DNA of 64,000 nt, taken from assembly GCA_010093815.1 (NCBI GenBank), contig ML996579.1; one strand, 5' to 3'. A program made the position numbers and the translations under genes. The DNA is from Pseudovirgaria hyperparasitica (taxonomy: Eukaryota). Positions 61,444-64,000 of the stretch are shown here, piece after piece (the first letter of the stretch is position 1; each line of letters opens with the position of its first letter). Under the pieces are notes generated by a model. The model was not told the DNA's origin. It saw only the letters and a list, made by a program, of their open reading frames with translations, and searched no databases.

Positions 61444-62445
61444 TCTTGACGCGCTTAGTCATGACTTTCATGCACTTGCTGCGATGGACTGTGCTGACAC
61501 TCTCGCTAGGTACGTACAGTGTGGCAGTGCATTGTGATGTTCCCTCCCTCGTCCCCGTCCTTGTCCTCGTCTTCGCCTCGTAGAGCACATGGTGCCATGA
61601 CTGGGCCGAAGTGGAAACGAGCTGTGACTGTTCTGATGAGCGAGTATTCGTATTAGTCTTAAGTTTTTAATCTAAATGTAATCTTGTTATTGCGAACCCA
61701 GCAGTGTTCAAGGTGCTTTCTCGTCAGTGGCATCGTGCAGTGAATGTGGTTGATCCTATGGCTTGTGGTGACATACCTGATACGCAGGACAGCTGGTTTA
61801 GATTTCGGAAAGGCCCGCTTATACCCAGTTTTCCAACCATACTTCCATCGTTACCTTCGAAAACCCAGCTTGCCACAGTAATGTTTCAAGCAACACGACC
61901 AGTGGTGTCAGTGGGTGTATATCTTGCTATGAGCTTTGTCTCCTACATCAGCTGAAGGTTGACTCCGCCACTTGAGGGCCGACATTGTATAGCCAGCGTA
62001 GACATTACTTCATGCGAGGAATGACGCAGTGGAGGCCCATAAGTATGCAGCGCCACAGAGCTTGATTCCTGGACCCTGACTCGATTGATCCAACGGCGGA
62101 TACGCGGATAGAAATCGAACGAGTTCCAGGCAGCTAGAGGCTCGTTGTGGACCCACAAGGCACATCAATGAACACGATCTAAAGCGTTCAGAAGGCAAGC
62201 CCGAGCGATGTTGCGCCGCGCGAGCGAGGAGAGAGCGCATAGATAAACGAAGGGTTTATCCAAAGCGGCAGTGCAATCAGGGCAGGACAGCTGAGCAAAG
62301 AAGCGAGCAAAAGAGCGCGTGCCTACCTGTGTTTCCCTCTGATATCTATATCCTATATTTTCTCGACCCTTGTTTCTGTCTACTCGTCCAGAATATCTGT
62401 CTATTCGAATTATACCCACCGTACCGCATCTGACTAAGAGCAAAC

Positions 62446-63162
62446 ATGCCCTTCTTCAAGCAAGTGACTGCAGGACTGAAAGACCTCAAGGCCTCCTACG
62501 ATCGCAAGAACGCGAATAAAGAAGGGAAGAAGCCTGACTATGGGACTGGCAGTGACCCTCAAGCGATAGCCCAGCAACCGTTCGGCCACGGGCAGGCCTA
62601 CGGCCAGCCATTCGGAAACCCTCCACAGCAGAACGGCGGTGACTATGCTCCACAGCCATCACAAGGACCACAACCTCAGGCCCAGGGACCGCCAGGCCAG
62701 AGCGTGCTTCCCGTAGGCTGGATCACGCAGTTCGACCAGAGCAGCCAGCGGTGGTACTTTGTCGAGCAAGCGACTGGCCGCACGCAATGGGAGGCACCGG
62801 CTTCTTCTGCGCCTTTTCCTCATCTTCAACAAGAACAACAACGACAACAACAGCAACAATTCATACCGCAACCCGCTGGTGCACATGACATTCCGCCTCC
62901 TCCTCCGGGACCAGCAGCAGCCGAACGCGGACAAGGCGGGAAGAAATACGTCAAGCAGGCCGCGCACCTGATCGTCGGCGCGCACAAGAAGAAGAAGGAG
63001 AAGAAGAAGCAGAAGAAACAGGCGCAGCAGCACGGCGGTGGTGCTGCGCATGAGCATGGTGGCCAGGAGGAAGAATACGAGGAAGGGGAGGAGTATGAGG
63101 AAGGGGAGGAGGGGGAAGAATATGAGGAAGAGGAGGCGTATGAGTATGAAGATTATGAGTAG
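62446..63162 (+). CDS. WW-domain protein with Gln/Pro-rich regions, Lys tract and acidic tail
   Basis: LPVGWITQFDQSSQRWYFVEQATGRTQWEAP fits the WW consensus; single 238-aa ORF. Confidence 0.85.
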   Translation: MPFFKQVTAGLKDLKASYDRKNANKEGKKPDYGTGSDPQAIAQQPFGHGQAYGQPFGNPPQQNGGDYAPQPSQGPQPQAQGPPGQSVLPVGWITQFDQSSQRWYFVEQATGRTQWEAPASSAPFPHLQQEQQRQQQQQFIPQPAGAHDIPPPPPGPAAAERGQGGKKYVKQAAHLIVGAHKKKKEKKKQKKQAQQHGGGAAHEHGGQEEEYEEGEEYEEGEEGEEYEEEEAYEYEDYE

Positions 63163-64000
63163 GATGATAATGTGGCGGTGTGTGAGGCGGAGAATGTGTT
63201 TTGTTGTAGATATAGATATAGATATAGATATACCATTGTAAGAGTATTTAATTTTAGAATCATATGTGCTTGCCATGGATCTCTCAGAAGATTATACAGA
63301 TGAAATCTACCACCCAGGCCAAACGCCAAGTCGGCGATGACGAGCGGAAGAGATTTGAGACTTTCAAGTTGTAAATACATACCCGTAATACGAAGGGACT
63401 CCGATAGCAGGAGAGCACGGAGCCAAACACCAAGACGACTCCCTCCTCATCCTTGATAAAATGTCTCAGTGCTGTACATTATACGTGCCGTTGCCGTGCG
63501 GTGCCGTGCCGTGTTATACTATGCTGTATGGCCAAAGTACCAAAGCCCCGCGCCCCCAGACACGCAAACAATAAACGTGCAGATCAGGGCGCGCCCGGAG
63601 TCCGCGAGTGCATGAGCGGATGGATGGATGGATGGATTGAAGGTGGGGGCCAAGAACGAGGTACCCGGGCGGCACCACCACGACCACGCGGCAGCCACGG
63701 AGCGGCAGTGGGAGTACTGAAGTCTTGTATATGCGTATACTATACATAGAGTACACGAGATCCGGACGTGTCGATCATCTATGTAGATATAACTATAGAT
63801 ATATAGGGCGACTGACAAGACGTACTAGTACGTAGCCATGCAACAAGGTAGACCATCTGGTACTATTCCAGCCCATAGCAGGAGGAGGAGGAGCCTGTGG
63901 TGCCTCAGGTCGGATTCTGAATCGCAGAACAGGAGAGAGAGACAGCAGAGGATAGGATCCTCATGCACCCAAGACCGTGGTGCAGAGCCGAGAGTGATAT

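Larger units (their letters stand above)
60150..61600 (+). ncRNA. Non-coding snoRNA host gene with six snoRNA-bearing introns (ends approximate)
   Basis: Repeating donor - C box - D box - CTGAC branch - AG units (introns about 60200-60371, 60465-60655, 60682-60859, 60901-61080, 61095-61268, 61310-61509) separated by tiny exons with no long ORF. Confidence 0.85.

Noticed and set aside
1..64000. tRNA, rRNA, CRISPR array or intact transposon/retroelement
   Set aside because: None recognised: no cloverleaf with A/B boxes, no spaced repeat array, and no DDE, RT or integrase ORF.

Overview
A 64 kb window from a filamentous ascomycete (Pezizomycotina; short GT-AG introns with CTRAC branch sites, one RIP-like AT-rich patch). 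The left arm (0-19.7 kb) holds a secreted carboxylesterase, PRP9/SF3A3, a CID-domain protein, an ENA-type Na+/K+ P-type ATPase with seven upstream PacC sites, VPS60, a SIT4-associated (SAP185/190-type) protein and a Tc1/IS630-HTH-derived protein. The right arm (46.7-64 kb) holds flavohemoglobin, PAB1, a large uncharacterised protein, FBP1 with an AcuK/AcuM site, an intron-encoded C/D snoRNA cluster (snR78-77-76-75-74-73) in a non-coding host gene, and a WW-domain protein. The gene-poor middle (20-46 kb) contains a six-exon VosA-like velvet gene largely invisible in the ORF track, a possible spliced lncRNA, a fructosamine-kinase pseudogene, a metallo-beta-lactamase-fold hydrolase, a pyroglutamyl peptidase and a TA-flanked 64-bp hairpin. 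The most unusual signal is a recurring module, TACCCGGCA about 30-32 nt upstream of a TATA box, heading several tiny, partly paralogous, partly convergent putative transcription units with short ORFs. All calls come from reading the sequence and from recalled family motifs; no searches were run.
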